A stretch of DNA of 64,000 nucleotides from a virus (taxonomy: Duplodnaviria; Heunggongvirae; Uroviricota; Caudoviricetes), in IMG/VR virus record IMGVR_UViG_3300021255_000114, positions 231,942 to 295,941 of that record; one strand, 5' to 3'. The notes beneath the pieces were generated by a model. The model was not told where the DNA came from. It did no database searches and worked only from the letters and a program-made list of their open reading frames with translations. Position numbers and translations under genes: made by a program. Shown in pieces: positions 37,723 through 47,151 of this stretch; position 1 is the stretch's first letter, and each line of letters starts with the position of its first letter.

Positions 37723-38439
37723 TTAAACACCACCAAATGTGAATTTTTGAGTCATATTTTTCCTTTCTAATACTTCAATAGCGCCGAAACCGCTTCCGGT
37801 TGACCCCCCGATTCCAAGACTATAAAGAAGTTTTCTTGTCTTTGGCTTGCCATAAACCGTGGCAACAAACGATGTGCAAGGATTGAATACATCACCAACG
37901 AATATGTTTTTAACTTTAATATTCTCCGGTTTATTGAATTCAATTCTGAAAGTTTCATCAAGAATACCATTATTGGATAATTTCCTTTTGCAATGCTCAG
38001 TAAGCACTGTCTCCCATCCTTCATCACGGTATGTTATTTTCCTTCCGTCTTTTATAAGCAATACCGGTGACAAAGTCTTAATCACGTCATACGTTTTTCC
38101 CACCTTGCTATCGTCCTCGCACACTATATGTGTAACTCTTCTCCCGAATAAAACCTTGTTTTTACTATTGATGCTTTTGATAACCCCAGCAACAATTCGG
38201 TTGGTGATATCGTCCGAAGCACTTGAAACTTGGATATAAGGATTCATAACGGGTACAAGGCATTTCTTATCATTGGATGCTACAAGGCCCTGCAACCCTG
38301 AAATGGAATACGGGCTGAAACTCGAATGGATTCCTTCATCCCTATCAAACAGGTGGTTGTAGATGAAACCGTTTACTTCACGCTGATTCTTGAACGGGAT
38401 GCTATCCCCATCCTTTTCGAATATAATTTTAACTATCAT
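37723..38439 (-). CDS. cas6: Cas6 crRNA endoribonuclease
   Basis: 238 aa with the C-terminal glycine-rich loop GIGGSTGSGFG (GhGx5GhG), located directly next to the array leader. Confidence 0.8.
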   Translation of the reverse strand: MIVKIIFEKDGDSIPFKNQREVNGFIYNHLFDRDEGIHSSFSPYSISGLQGLVASNDKKCLVPVMNPYIQVSSASDDITNRIVAGVIKSINSKNKVLFGRRVTHIVCEDDSKVGKTYDVIKTLSPVLLIKDGRKITYRDEGWETVLTEHCKRKLSNNGILDETFRIEFNKPENIKVKNIFVGDVFNPCTSFVATVYGKPKTRKLLYSLGIGGSTGSGFGAIEVLERKNMTQKFTFGGV

Positions 38440-39529
38440 GTTTTATTGTTTCGTTTAGTTTGTCAAACACTTCGTTGTTGAACGTAGGAACGTCGGTGCA
38501 TACATAACGCATACTGCAATACCCATAACTCTCAATCTGATCTTCACTTAGTAAATCATATGGTAGCAGCACATCATCCACACCATATTCAGACCATTTA
38601 AGCACATCAACAATTCCACCCTCAAGGAACCTTGCGGTTTGCATGCCGGTAATAAATTGTTCCACATATTCCTCGTTTAGTTTGAATACGAATTCCCCGT
38701 TAAGGATTATGACTTTCTGTGGATAACCCTTCTCCGTCTTGATAAACGGGCCCGTGAGTTCAGAGCGGTAAGTTGTTCCGTTGACGAAATTCAATAGATT
38801 GGCATTTTTCAGATATTCCATCACCTTGACAGCGTTTACCTGCATCGCAGCCGAAATTGCAAACGTAAGCGTGGCATATTCTCTCGCATTCCGGCCGGTT
38901 ATTTCTGATATAAGCGAAACCAAACCATCCATTGCACCCTGTTTCTTTGAATTGCAACGAAGGTATCGCATATCAAACTGCTCCCAACAAACAGTGTCTA
39001 TGGAATTATTTGAAATCGTGCTATCATTGTTTGTTGCATGGTAATTCGCGAAATGCCCGTAAGACCACTTAACAACTTCGGTGTTCGGTCGTTTCAAACC
39101 GGTTTTACATGTGTGGAAATACGGGGCATACAATCCAACAAACCCATCAAGAACCATTTCGTCGATATCGGCATTTCTTTTGGCACCCTCCGGACCGTGA
39201 AACGTTGATACCGGTTTTTTCTGTAGCATTACGGCATACATATTGGATGCGGTATGAAGGGTGAAGGGATACAAAATATTCCCCTCCACCTTGTCCACAT
39301 CCTTCATATCATACCACAAAATTGAATCAGGTGAACATTTATCACGCATACCCTTCTCACCTGTGTATTTGTTATATACAATATCAAATTTATATGATTT
39401 AGGTTTAGATGATTTCTTTGGTTTATCTTCCGTTACCACATTGTTTTCATCCGATTCACGCTTCCTTATCTTATCATAATAAGGCAATTTGGCATTCTCA
39501 AACCTTAGTCTTACCCAATAATCATTCAT
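38429..39529 (-). CDS. putative Cascade subunit (Cas5/Cas7-family candidate)
   Basis: 366-aa gene in the cas operon, overlapping its neighbours by 4 and 11 nt. No diagnostic motif was recognised. Confidence 0.45.
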   Translation of the reverse strand: MNDYWVRLRFENAKLPYYDKIRKRESDENNVVTEDKPKKSSKPKSYKFDIVYNKYTGEKGMRDKCSPDSILWYDMKDVDKVEGNILYPFTLHTASNMYAVMLQKKPVSTFHGPEGAKRNADIDEMVLDGFVGLYAPYFHTCKTGLKRPNTEVVKWSYGHFANYHATNNDSTISNNSIDTVCWEQFDMRYLRCNSKKQGAMDGLVSLISEITGRNAREYATLTFAISAAMQVNAVKVMEYLKNANLLNFVNGTTYRSELTGPFIKTEKGYPQKVIILNGEFVFKLNEEYVEQFITGMQTARFLEGGIVDVLKWSEYGVDDVLLPYDLLSEDQIESYGYCSMRYVCTDVPTFNNEVFDKLNETIKHDS

Positions 39530-40536
39530 TTTTCCTTTTTATTGTTCTTAGCCTTTTTATTGGCTGTGTCGGAACATGCGTTGTTGTAAGGCGCGTAATC
39601 CTCAAGCGAAGCCTCGTTATAGAATTTCTTGTATTCAAAATTGATGCTCTCCACATCTTTCAATGTAATGTTCTCGAGCACATCCTTCGTGTTATCCTCG
39701 TAATGAATGATCAAGTCCATGCCAAGGAAATCAATCGACCCATTGCTATGACGTTCACCATTAAACATAATGAACTGCGACAGAATATATCTGACCTGTT
39801 GGTTAATCATATCGTCAGTCAGCATGAATGCCATATCGACTTCTTTGTTGCCGGTATGATTGCCAATCCTGTAATACGGTTTAATACAAGTCTTATCAAT
39901 CGAAGTGTTGAAATTCTTCGATAAACAAGTGAAATAATAGTCCATATCATTATCGTTCTTGAATTCAACAGCCATTTTTTGATGGCCGCCGTCAACGTAG
40001 ACAATCTGCATATCCGGGATGGAGAACATGAACCTGCCTTCATAGGTATATTCGCCAACATTCTCCACCGCATAGAGCGTGTTGTCTTTACCGGCGCCAT
40101 CGGTCTTTTTAATACCACTCATGGTTTTGGTTTCAAATGGAACGTGTTTAATGGGTTCCATATTGGCAACCAAAGGAAAGAGTTCATATCCTCCCTTTCG
40201 ATGACCCTCGTATGCAGAATCACCGTCTTGCTTAGTATAGAGGTAGCCCTTTGCAAGAATATAGGGGTCAGCCAAATGGCTTAAATACATTTCTCTGAAT
40301 TTCGTGCACTGATTGAATGTGCAACTCCCAAAAACAGCCTGATTGATTGCCTCGGCGCTGATCTTGTATTTGAAACCATCACCAACAAGCATTTTCTTAC
40401 AGTAGACTACGTTTTTATTAATGTTTTTTGTCCACTTGTAAACGTTTGCAGTATCACCGGCAAACTCGCCATCACAATTGAAAGCTCCACTGCCACTAAA
40501 TTTTACGCGGCCCTCAAGTTTAATTATTTTTTTCAT
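39526..40536 (-). CDS. putative Cascade backbone subunit (Cas7-like candidate)
   Basis: 336 aa with an ATGA overlap to the downstream gene, so likely translationally coupled. Confidence 0.45.
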   Translation of the reverse strand: MKKIIKLEGRVKFSGSGAFNCDGEFAGDTANVYKWTKNINKNVVYCKKMLVGDGFKYKISAEAINQAVFGSCTFNQCTKFREMYLSHLADPYILAKGYLYTKQDGDSAYEGHRKGGYELFPLVANMEPIKHVPFETKTMSGIKKTDGAGKDNTLYAVENVGEYTYEGRFMFSIPDMQIVYVDGGHQKMAVEFKNDNDMDYYFTCLSKNFNTSIDKTCIKPYYRIGNHTGNKEVDMAFMLTDDMINQQVRYILSQFIMFNGERHSNGSIDFLGMDLIIHYEDNTKDVLENITLKDVESINFEYKKFYNEASLEDYAPYNNACSDTANKKAKNNKKEK

Positions 40537-40555
40537 TTTTTATTTTTATTTACAT

Positions 40556-40948
40556 TTAATTCAATTGTTCGTACAGTTTCTTGTACATCTTATCCGGATC
40601 ATCCAACCATTCGTCGGCAATAATCTTTATCTTCTTGGTGATACCCAATTCGAGACTGCCTTTGAATGGTATATCATTCTCATCCAACAACAACCATTCG
40701 AAACAATTACTCACATAGGAATCAAATATGATATATTGAACCAAAACATATGGGATGCCAAATGAAATGCATTTCTTCTCGATGAGTTGCCTGTCAAACG
40801 AAACATCGTAGATATCAATACAGACTCCGGCAAAAACATCCCAAGAAAGACTCAATCTATGCAAATAACGTTCAACGAACTCCACAAGCATGTCATTAAC
40901 GGAAGGTCCCTCCCATCCTAAAAGTAAACTGTAATCCGTCTTTTTCAT
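40556..40948 (-). CDS. hypothetical protein in the cas operon (candidate small subunit)
   Basis: 130-aa ORF. Confidence 0.4.
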   Translation of the reverse strand: MKKTDYSLLLGWEGPSVNDMLVEFVERYLHRLSLSWDVFAGVCIDIYDVSFDRQLIEKKCISFGIPYVLVQYIIFDSYVSNCFEWLLLDENDIPFKGSLELGITKKIKIIADEWLDDPDKMYKKLYEQLN

Positions 40949-40975
40949 TTTTTTTTACAATTTAAAATTCCCTAT

Positions 40976-41401
40976 TCAATATTTGCATCTTTTAATCAAT
41001 ATTTTCTCTTCGTCGGTCGCATAACGATATGTATAGCCAGATTCATGCGTCAAGACCTCTGGTTCGCATTGAATAAAACCGCATCCACTGTTAATCATTA
41101 AGCATTTAGGCTTGAAATCCATTTCTCCTTTATAATCATCGGGCATGATAAAGAGTGCTGGAAAAACATCATCGTTTTCAAACGAATAAACAACATCACC
41201 CGGTTTAAAACCACATGGAGTATTAAAAACCTTCGCTTCAAAAACAGGAACAATTTTTCCATTCCCCTTTGGTTCAAACTGCTCAATATAAGGAATAATC
41301 TCCTTGGATGCGCTTTCACGTTTGGGATATTCAATCTTCGGGTCGTTAATGTATGCACAAACAATTTCGTGCAGAAGATTCCATTTTTCTCTTTCGTCCA
41401 T
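40976..41401 (-). CDS. hypothetical protein in the cas operon (candidate small subunit, Cas11-like position)
   Basis: Start reassigned to the internal Met so that TAA-C-ATG abuts the stop of the upstream gene. Confidence 0.4.
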   Translation of the reverse strand: MDEREKWNLLHEIVCAYINDPKIEYPKRESASKEIIPYIEQFEPKGNGKIVPVFEAKVFNTPCGFKPGDVVYSFENDDVFPALFIMPDDYKGEMDFKPKCLMINSGCGFIQCEPEVLTHESGYTYRYATDEEKILIKRCKY

Positions 41402-41402
41402 G

Positions 41403-42578
41403 TTATTCCTTTTTGTCATTAAAAAAACAACCGCCGCAATTCCGCAATTCGTGCTCGAAACAGGCACAATCAAATGTGGTGGTGTGTGCAAGAATAATCT
41501 TCATCTTTCCATCAACGTTGAATATGTAAGTATCAAAACAGCCGGAACCACTCATCATCGGACTGTCACCGGTATGTTGAACAAAACAACGGAATTCATC
41601 ACCATCACTTTTCCAATAATCAAGATAGATTTTCGGAGAACTCTCGATGGCATCTTCAAGTTCAATAGTATCTTTGATATGTTCAGGAGCCTCATTCCAC
41701 ACGTCATCGATGTCCTTGGTAGAACGCGCGATGTACTCCATATCACCCTTTGCAATGGCACACACCTTGGATGCAATATCACAAAACTGTTCTCTATAGT
41801 TGTTTTCCGTTATTACATCATCACTGGTAACTTCCCACTTGATGGGACACAAATCAACGGTGATTTCGTTAGTGTTGTTTGGCTTATTGCGAGTATCGAC
41901 TCTTATAATGAAATGGTTGGTAACCAGTGTGAAACTGCCTTCCTCTACAACCTCTGCACCGTTAACTTCCTTAATGTGTGCATTCATCAGGTCTGAATAC
42001 CCATCCCACAGTTCGTTGTCGAGGTCTTCAGGAGTAATCTTAATACCGTATCTTTCAAGGATTGCAGAAGCTTTTTTGAAATTATATCTGCTAACAAGAT
42101 AGTCAGCAAGCCTGTCCATGATTTCAAGCATAGGCATATTGAGAACTCCCTTGGCCTTTTCGGTGAGTTGTTCCACACTCATACTTCTGTTAAACACATG
42201 AGACATTATTGAATGCATCTTGACATTGTACTGCGGCGGCATAACATTGTAGTTGGGCAGCTCCTTGATGTAGTCACCAATACAGGTCATTGGGATATAG
42301 ACTGCGTAGGCAATCAAAATAGACCAAATTTCAGCAGTGATTGGATCATCATCCCAAGCGACCTTAGACCCACGTTCCTTTTTCACCTCAGGCGTTGCAT
42401 CGAGCCAGGCGTTGAATTGCTCGCGCATAAAGTTCAAAATGGACTTGGGAGAATAGAAGTCCCGATTCGGACAATCAAGATTGCAGACAACTTCCATATC
42501 ATGGATGAGGTTGCCTGAATGACGGTAGAAATTCTTTGCGTAGAGAATCTGATGGTTGTTTTTGATTTGATTTGGCAT
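41403..42578 (-). CDS. first gene of the cas operon (candidate large subunit, Cas8-like) with a C-terminal Cys cluster
   Basis: 391 aa; the C-terminal cluster reads CFDTY...DCACFEHELRNCGGCF. The conserved promoter lies 28 nt upstream. Confidence 0.45.
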   Translation of the reverse strand: MPNQIKNNHQILYAKNFYRHSGNLIHDMEVVCNLDCPNRDFYSPKSILNFMREQFNAWLDATPEVKKERGSKVAWDDDPITAEIWSILIAYAVYIPMTCIGDYIKELPNYNVMPPQYNVKMHSIMSHVFNRSMSVEQLTEKAKGVLNMPMLEIMDRLADYLVSRYNFKKASAILERYGIKITPEDLDNELWDGYSDLMNAHIKEVNGAEVVEEGSFTLVTNHFIIRVDTRNKPNNTNEITVDLCPIKWEVTSDDVITENNYREQFCDIASKVCAIAKGDMEYIARSTKDIDDVWNEAPEHIKDTIELEDAIESSPKIYLDYWKSDGDEFRCFVQHTGDSPMMSGSGCFDTYIFNVDGKMKIILAHTTTFDCACFEHELRNCGGCFFNDKKE

Positions 42579-42595
42579 ATTATTATGATTTTCAT

Positions 42596-42615
42596 TTCAA
42601 CAGCCCAAAGATACC
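42596..42615 (-). promoter_or_regulatory. conserved phage promoter copy driving the cas operon
   Basis: ttcaacagcccaaagatacc. Confidence 0.55.
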
Positions 42616-42664
42616 GAAAAAATCCTGCACACGGTAAAACTTTTTTCTTAAAAAAATTTAATTC

Positions 42665-43075
42665 TTAATACATTCCTTCAGGTGCTTCAAGAGCCAAACC
42701 CTTTTTAATCAATCCACGGTAGTCGAAATAATGTGCGTTAAGCCAATCATAAGTTTTAATAGTATATGTATACTCATACCCTATTGGTGTACCGTAGTCG
42801 TCCCACTGTACTACTATTTTATCCTTTGTTTTATAATATTCCCTCTTTTCTTCCTCAGTCATACTTGACATTGAACGGAGATAGGGTTTAATATCTTCAA
42901 CGGTATACACTTTTGTATTCTCAATGTAGCCATTTTTATCAATGTCTTCTAAAGTTTCAACAATAGACATTTCTTGGTCCCACTCATAGTTCCAAGCATC
43001 TCTTACGAATTTTACCCCATACGGCAACCTTGAACACAAGTCTTTAAGCAATAGTTCTCTTTCTTCTTTTGTCAT
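42665..43075 (-). CDS. member of the six-copy small-protein family
   Basis: LLLKDLCSRLPYGVK...YLRSMSSMTEEEK...YFDYRGLIKKGLALEAPEGMY. Confidence 0.6.
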   Translation of the reverse strand: MTKEERELLLKDLCSRLPYGVKFVRDAWNYEWDQEMSIVETLEDIDKNGYIENTKVYTVEDIKPYLRSMSSMTEEEKREYYKTKDKIVVQWDDYGTPIGYEYTYTIKTYDWLNAHYFDYRGLIKKGLALEAPEGMY

Positions 43076-43296
43076 TTTGTTTTTAATATAAATTTATTAC
43101 TATCTTCGTCATAGTCGAATTCTGTATGCTCATCGACTTCATAACCATTCATTTTCCCAATGCTAAGTAGCAGATAGTTCGGATTGTTAAGAAAATGGAT
43201 AAACTCAATAAGCATTTTCCATTTTCCGAATATTGGGCGACAACTGTAAGAATGAGAATAAATTCTATTTACATAATATTCACTCTTTTCTTTCAT
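43072..43296 (-). CDS. hypothetical protein
   Basis: 74-aa ORF. Confidence 0.4.
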   Translation of the reverse strand: MKEKSEYYVNRIYSHSYSCRPIFGKWKMLIEFIHFLNNPNYLLLSIGKMNGYEVDEHTEFDYDEDSNKFILKTK

Positions 43297-43302
43297 GTCA
43301 TT

Positions 43303-43641
43303 TTATTTATACATATCCTCGGGCGCTTTGATAGCAAGGTTCATTGGGATAAGACCCCTATAGTCAAAGTGATGCGAGTTGAGCCAATCAAATGTATCAA
43401 TATTCCAGCCATCCAACCCCCATTTTTCAAAAAATTCTTCGTGTTCTTCCTCAGTCATAGAAGACATTGGACGGAGATATGGTAAATACGGTTCTAAACC
43501 ACTTTCTATATTAGCCACAATAATTGCATACCATAGAGCATCTAAAATTATATAGCCTTCAACACCTCCATCTATTCTGGTATTGTATGGTACTCTTGCA
43601 CAAAGGTCTTTTAACAGCAATTCTTTTTCTTCTAGTGTCAT
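43303..43641 (-). CDS. member of the six-copy small-protein family
   Basis: LLLKDLCARVPYN...YLRPMSSMTEEEHEEF...HFDYRGLI. Confidence 0.6.
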   Translation of the reverse strand: MTLEEKELLLKDLCARVPYNTRIDGGVEGYIILDALWYAIIVANIESGLEPYLPYLRPMSSMTEEEHEEFFEKWGLDGWNIDTFDWLNSHHFDYRGLIPMNLAIKAPEDMYK

Positions 43642-43642
43642 A

Positions 43643-44203
43643 TTATTGATAATCTTTCCAAAGTGTATCTAACTTATGAATAAGTTCATTCTCATAATCA
43701 TTCATTTCTCCAAAAGGAATATCATCTAAAGGTGTCCCATCAGAAGGGCGTTTATAAGAACGAATTTCATTTTTCTTCTTGATATATTCTTTGATTTTAG
43801 GACTATTTCTCGCTTCACAGGCTTTCAAATATTGATTCCAATTAACATACTTTTCACCAGTGTCCATATCACTTATTTCAACAATTGTATGACAATAACA
43901 GTCATCATACGGCGTATATAAACCACTTGTGAAAATGTCAATGAACTCATCAATATATTCAGGAGTGAATTGAGAATAAGTTTCATAGATGTTCTTTTCT
44001 CCAAGGTCTTCTCTCTGGCTAATCCAATTATGGTCACAAATACCGCCAAAACTAGTGCGGCGAACATAAGGTTCAAATTCATTGATTGCCTTCATAAATG
44101 GAAGAAACTTCTCAAAGACAGAATCTTCAACTTTGACAACATCTTTTACATAATCTGCGTCATTGTAATCACCAACAATAAGTAACTTTTTCATATTATT
44201 CAA
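43643..44203 (-). CDS. hypothetical protein
   Basis: 186-aa ORF. Confidence 0.5.
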   Translation of the reverse strand: MNNMKKLLIVGDYNDADYVKDVVKVEDSVFEKFLPFMKAINEFEPYVRRTSFGGICDHNWISQREDLGEKNIYETYSQFTPEYIDEFIDIFTSGLYTPYDDCYCHTIVEISDMDTGEKYVNWNQYLKACEARNSPKIKEYIKKKNEIRSYKRPSDGTPLDDIPFGEMNDYENELIHKLDTLWKDYQ

Positions 44204-44205
44204 TA

Positions 44206-44637
44206 TTAAATGTTATACATACCTTCAGGTGCCTCTAGTGCAAGGCCCATTTCAATCAAACCACGATAGTCGAAATGGTTTTTCAGCAAAAAGTTTTGAA
44301 GAACTATAAAATCATCGAAGTCATATGTTGAATGTTTTTCATCATCATATAAACATTGCTTTACTTCAATGCCTCGATGAGAATATTTGTCATTATCATC
44401 GGATGGATAGCCAAACCACAATGTGTTTCTCAACTCATTTTTCTCTTCCTCAGTCATACTTGACATCGGACGGAGATAGGGTTTGGTGTTTTCCAAATCA
44501 TCTATATTGGGATGGCAGTCGAGGTCGCATTTGACAGGGGTGTTTCTGTTTCTGTGTTTAACCATTACGCCATAAGGCAACCTTGCACAAAGATCTACCA
44601 ATAAAATCTGTTTATCTTCTTGTGTCATATTAATCAA
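44206..44637 (-). CDS. member of the six-copy small-protein family
   Basis: ILLVDLCARLPYGV...YLRPMSSMTEEEKNEL...HFDYRGLIEMGLALEAPEGMY. Confidence 0.6.
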   Translation of the reverse strand: MINMTQEDKQILLVDLCARLPYGVMVKHRNRNTPVKCDLDCHPNIDDLENTKPYLRPMSSMTEEEKNELRNTLWFGYPSDDNDKYSHRGIEVKQCLYDDEKHSTYDFDDFIVLQNFLLKNHFDYRGLIEMGLALEAPEGMYNI

Positions 44638-45158
44638 TTTTTTTCAGGAAACTCAATCCAATACTCAATATCATCACACCCAAAACCATCCACGGCACAG
44701 TCGACGTGCTTGTTTATCGAACCATCATCACACTCATCAAGGATACCTGTGAATCTCTGCACCGTGCCATCCTTCATGATACATGCGAACTTATGAAGAC
44801 TCCAATCGTTAAACGCATCATATATGTCTTCATCACTCTGCTTATGCCACTTATTCTTCCCCAATATTGTCTCGGCTTTAACCTTTAATTCGGGATATTC
44901 CGCAATTACGCTATTCACCGATTCCTTGGCACTCTTCAAAGACCAAACAGCCGCAGCCAATCTCTCCCTGCCATACTCTTCTCTGGTCTTATGCTCACAG
45001 CAAACAAAGTTTTTGCCTTTTCTAACACTTTGAACAAATGCGTGGTCACAGACATCAGGATGTTCCCAACAACGCATCATCTCCTCTTTATCACTGTTAC
45101 AATACTTGAACTTATCGCAAAATGCACAGTTCAAACAATTTCTGTCCTTTTTCCCCAT
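44634..45158 (-). CDS. Cys-rich hypothetical protein
   Basis: CLNCAFCDKFKYCN...CWEH..C. Confidence 0.5.
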   Translation of the reverse strand: MGKKDRNCLNCAFCDKFKYCNSDKEEMMRCWEHPDVCDHAFVQSVRKGKNFVCCEHKTREEYGRERLAAAVWSLKSAKESVNSVIAEYPELKVKAETILGKNKWHKQSDEDIYDAFNDWSLHKFACIMKDGTVQRFTGILDECDDGSINKHVDCAVDGFGCDDIEYWIEFPEKN

Positions 45159-45168
45159 ACCAATCTAT

Positions 45169-45378
45169 TTAAATTTTTTCAATGTCCATATTCTGGCCAA
45201 AATACTTTATATCAGGACACTTGTAATTAAGAGCTAATGCTTTGGTCATTGCCTTTCCCGACTTTGTGGTATAATGGCATATGACACTGAAACAATTACA
45301 TTTCTTTACGCTACAGGATAAACTGTAATTGTGTTTTGTCCTGAATGCATCACCCGTTTTCAACTCTTTAAGTTTCAT
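45169..45378 (-). CDS. hypothetical small protein
   Basis: 69-aa ORF. Confidence 0.4.
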   Translation of the reverse strand: MKLKELKTGDAFRTKHNYSLSCSVKKCNCFSVICHYTTKSGKAMTKALALNYKCPDIKYFGQNMDIEKI

Positions 45379-45511
45379 TTCCTATTTTCAATAGTTCAGG
45401 TCTCTTCTTCTTTATTTATTACATCTACAACTTTCCAAATGTACTATACCACCAAAATTAACACACATATATTCATGCCCACAGTAATCTATAATCCAAA
45501 TTCTATGGTTA

Positions 45512-45838
45512 TCAATAAAATGTATAAAAATCATGAAAAACTTCGTATACTAAATCAATATCACCACGCTTGAATTCCCTACACATAAAAACTTCATCGG
45601 GGTTATCGTACTTGTAAACAACATACCCAAGAATGTCTTTCGACGGTATATATGTTATCTCGTCAATGGTGCTATATTCACCAATCTCAATCTCAGAATC
45701 ACTAACGTCGAATGAAAGAGTCTCGATAAAGCGATTCTTCTGTACACCGTGCTCTTTCATGAACAACTTCATGCCCTCCATGCATTTATTGTACATTTCA
45801 TCACGCAACGCTTTTACTTCTTCAGCAATCTTTTCCAT
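45512..45838 (-). CDS. hypothetical protein
   Basis: Start moved to the internal MEKIAEEVKAL. The listed N-terminal extension (to 46036) overlaps the 3' end of the upstream gene. Confidence 0.45.
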   Translation of the reverse strand: MEKIAEEVKALRDEMYNKCMEGMKLFMKEHGVQKNRFIETLSFDVSDSEIEIGEYSTIDEITYIPSKDILGYVVYKYDNPDEVFMCREFKRGDIDLVYEVFHDFYTFY

Positions 45839-45878
45839 AATTAAACCATTTAACATTAAATTCTTTACCCATTTTTGA

Positions 45879-46313
45879 TTAAACCACCCTATATCCAGCC
45901 TGGCGGAGTGTTTCAATGGAACGTTCAATCTCCCTCTGTTTAGCCAATTTCTTGGCTTCTTCATTACGTTTTTCACACTCAATGTCCTCGTCAATTGATT
46001 TTTTCTTTCGCTCAATCCTCTTCTCCCTCTCTTCATCGGTTTCCATCTCCTGCCACTGAAGATAAATGTTCATGTAAGGCTCGTCATCGGCACCATTTGG
46101 GTTATAATGGAATCCGTCACCCGTAATGCCAATGGTGAGATTCTTGAAATCAACCCCCTTGGATTTCAATTCCTCGGTCTTCTTGATGATGAGTTCTTTC
46201 CATCCCTCAATATCCTCAAGGGTGAAATCCTGACTATTGTCATACAGGCTTGCCAATGACTGGCTCTTGCCGACATATTCACGGTCTTTAATTTTTTTTC
46301 CTTTGTAAATCAT
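45879..46313 (-). CDS. Glu/Arg-rich protein, paralog of 34055..34489
   Basis: MIYKGKKI...EREKRIERKKK. Confidence 0.55.
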   Translation of the reverse strand: MIYKGKKIKDREYVGKSQSLASLYDNSQDFTLEDIEGWKELIIKKTEELKSKGVDFKNLTIGITGDGFHYNPNGADDEPYMNIYLQWQEMETDEEREKRIERKKKSIDEDIECEKRNEEAKKLAKQREIERSIETLRQAGYRVV

Positions 46314-46337
46314 ATGTTATATATAATTTAATTTAAA

Positions 46338-46823
46338 CTACAATGACCAGGCGTCGTCAATTACAATCCTCTCACTGACGAAAACCTCCCCGTTGTCACT
46401 CACCATGTACTTGCTGCCTTTAGGGATTCTGCACCTTGCACATTTAAACTTATCTGATTCATAATTCTTACTAACTAGTTCAGAATCGAATTCCATTCTG
46501 CCGTTTCCATAGTATGTGTATGAATAGAAGCCACAACGAGTATAACGCAAATCTGTACTTATTACATTCTTATATATGTTTGGGTATATAGTATATTTTT
46601 TCTCCCATCCAGTGAATAACGAAGGAGGTTTATACCACACTTCGTATATGGCATCGTCCGCAAGACACCTGTCTTCAAAACCATTTATACAATACTCCCG
46701 ACCGATTTTATACTCATATTCTCGATATATGGACTCTAGTATGTTTCCCTTTTCAATCATCACCTTGTAGCAAACCAGGTCCCTGTCAGCCACATATATC
46801 TTTCCGTTTGTAATCTCACACAT
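46338..46823 (-). CDS. hypothetical protein
   Basis: 161-aa ORF. Confidence 0.5.
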   Translation of the reverse strand: MCEITNGKIYVADRDLVCYKVMIEKGNILESIYREYEYKIGREYCINGFEDRCLADDAIYEVWYKPPSLFTGWEKKYTIYPNIYKNVISTDLRYTRCGFYSYTYYGNGRMEFDSELVSKNYESDKFKCARCRIPKGSKYMVSDNGEVFVSERIVIDDAWSL

Positions 46824-46983
46824 ATCAAATCCTATTTTATTGTTTTAATTATAAAATTATCACATGCTATAAAACATCTCCAATTTCATGAATTTTCTCT
46901 TGTTTGCTAAATTTCATATTAAACTGTTTTAAACTGTTAGCATCTATATAACCAAATTCAAGCAGTTTTTTCCATATGTCATA

Positions 46984-47148
46984 TTAAAATATTTTTTTGG
47001 TTTCTACCAGATAGTGGTACTTACAATCCCAACAGTTTCCGTCACAACACAAACTACCATCTTTTACAGACGGATTCGAACAATCCCAAATTTCTCGCAC
47101 CTTAGGCTGTTTTACCATTTTATTGTATTTCTTTCCTTTGCTGCTCAT
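46984..47148 (-). CDS. small Cys-rich protein (54 aa)
   Basis: Unlisted ORF MSSKGKKYNKMVKQPKVREIWDCSNPSVKDGSLCCDGNCWDCKYH, with its start 3 nt after the stop of the upstream gene. Confidence 0.25.
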   Translation of the reverse strand: MSSKGKKYNKMVKQPKVREIWDCSNPSVKDGSLCCDGNCWDCKYHYLVETKKIF

Positions 47149-47151
47149 AAC

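Noticed and set aside
45839-46036. N-terminal extension of ORF 45512-46036 (MKRGRRGLSERKNQ...).
   Set aside because: It reads through the 3' end of the paralogous gene 45879-46313. The internal Met gives a clean, non-overlapping start.
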